Notes under the pieces: model-generated
Database searches by the model: none
What the model saw: the letters and a program-made list of their open reading frames with translations, nothing else
Told to the model about the DNA's origin: nothing
Assembly: GCA_022646745.1 (NCBI GenBank)
Contig: CP060262.1
Span: 1,770,001 to 1,802,000, forward strand
Direction: 5' to 3'
From: Planctomycetales bacterium
Lineage (GTDB): Bacteria > 4484-113 > JAFGCY01
Length of the DNA stretch: 32,000 nucleotides
Shown here: positions 31,366 through 32,000 of the stretch, one piece after another
How positions within the stretch are numbered: position 1 is the first letter of the stretch
Layout: every line of letters begins with the position of its first letter
Program-made: the position numbers and the translations under genes

Positions 31366-32000
31366 ATGCCATATAATCCTCATGTGGAACACGCATTGGA
31401 CTGGAGCAAACTGGCTGAGTTGCTCCCACAGCTCGGCAGGGAGTATGCCCGACTGGCGGCCCGCTACCGCATCGTCCTGACCGTGCTTGCCATGCTTCCG
31501 CCACTCCTTATCCCGCTGGAAGCTGCCAAGTGGTTCTCAAGGAACCCCGCCGTCATCACGACTTTCGTCTGCATCTACCTGCTGATTGCCGCCGCGATTT
31601 TCGTCTACACCACACGCTGGGTGGAGAACGTGCGCAGCTTCGGCCAGCGGCGGATCATGGAGGACCGGCTCTGTTCCCGTACACTGGACCGCATCGAGCG
31701 CGACCATGGCAAGAGCGGCGAAATGAGCTTCGAGGAGATCTACCTGACGGATGGCAGCGGGCTTGAGCGCCGCACCCGCAAGCAGATCATCTACTCCGAG
31801 AACGACATTGAAGTCAACATGGACCGCGGCCAGAAGCTGTTTGCCAACAACAATGTCCCGCTGATGATCAACACCGCGATCGTGGCGGCCTACTGCCTGT
31901 TCACGATCATCGGCGGCTTCGTGCTGCCCTATGACGCGATCCAGGGGCAGGGCAAGCTGATGGTCGTGCAGGGCGTGATGCTGGTCTGTGTGCCGGCAGC
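31366..32000 (+). CDS. Hypothetical multi-pass membrane protein (3' end beyond window; not in the supplied ORF track because it has no stop)
   Basis: ATG 31366 lies immediately after an in-frame TAA, and the frame stays open to nt 32000 (MPYNPHVEHALDWSKLAELLPQLGREYARLAARYRIVLTVLAMLPPLLIPLEAAKWF...). G/C-rich third positions and at least three hydrophobic helices (VLTVLAMLPPLLI, VITTFVCIYLLIAAAIFVY, MINTAIVAAYCLFTIIGGFVL). Confidence 0.6.
   Translation, partial: MPYNPHVEHALDWSKLAELLPQLGREYARLAARYRIVLTVLAMLPPLLIPLEAAKWFSRNPAVITTFVCIYLLIAAAIFVYTTRWVENVRSFGQRRIMEDRLCSRTLDRIERDHGKSGEMSFEEIYLTDGSGLERRTRKQIIYSENDIEVNMDRGQKLFANNNVPLMINTAIVAAYCLFTIIGGFVLPYDAIQGQGKLMVVQGVMLVCVPA

Noticed and set aside
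1-32000. tRNA, rRNA, tmRNA, RNase P, SRP RNA, IS elements, integrases, prophage or toxin-antitoxin pairs
   Set aside because: Reading both strands, I found no T-loop (GGTTCGAATCC-type) or other signature strings, no transposase- or integrase-like ORFs, and no terminal inverted repeats flanking the duplicated blocks. A scan with tRNAscan, Infernal or ISfinder would be needed for certainty.

Overview
GC-rich bacterial chromosomal segment of diderm type (lipobox lipoproteins, a beta-barrel OMP, TonB/ExbB/ExbD). No rRNA, tRNA, CRISPR array, transposase, integrase or phage gene was recognised. All domain calls come from motifs read by eye; no database search was run.

Housekeeping operons recognised with high confidence:
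- purE-purB-purC (+, 4394-7591)
- gmk-rpoZ-coaBC followed by a parvulin-type PPIase (+, 15901-19158)
- tonB-like/exbB/exbD plus a membrane-anchored beta-propeller protein (+, 21468-25203)
- plsX-fabH-fabD-fabG-fabF (-, 25206-30338), with no acpP

Between these lie accessory-looking blocks made almost entirely of tandemly duplicated lipobox proteins:
- Block 1 (1-4277) holds a Tyr/Gly-rich lipoprotein, two paralogous small Ig-like lipoproteins, a 62-aa membrane protein, and two paralogous ~270-aa lipoproteins.
- Block 2 (8192-14888) holds three paralogous lipoproteins built as split dockerin-like module + PKD repeats + CarboxypepD_reg-like domain, followed by a small beta-barrel OMP.

Most notable observations:
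- the dockerin/PKD lipoprotein triplet
- a ~55-nt conserved leader motif in front of three consecutive genes (2085-3437)
- a ~420-nt non-coding region (19216-19634) with a statistically unlikely array of TGCCAA direct repeats and perfect inverted repeats around a promoter
- long charged low-complexity tails fused to PurB (Arg/Ser/Lys-rich), RpoZ (acidic) and an SRPBCC protein (histone-H1-like AKKAAP repeats)
- several SD-less genes with -10-like hexamers only 7-13 nt from the start codon
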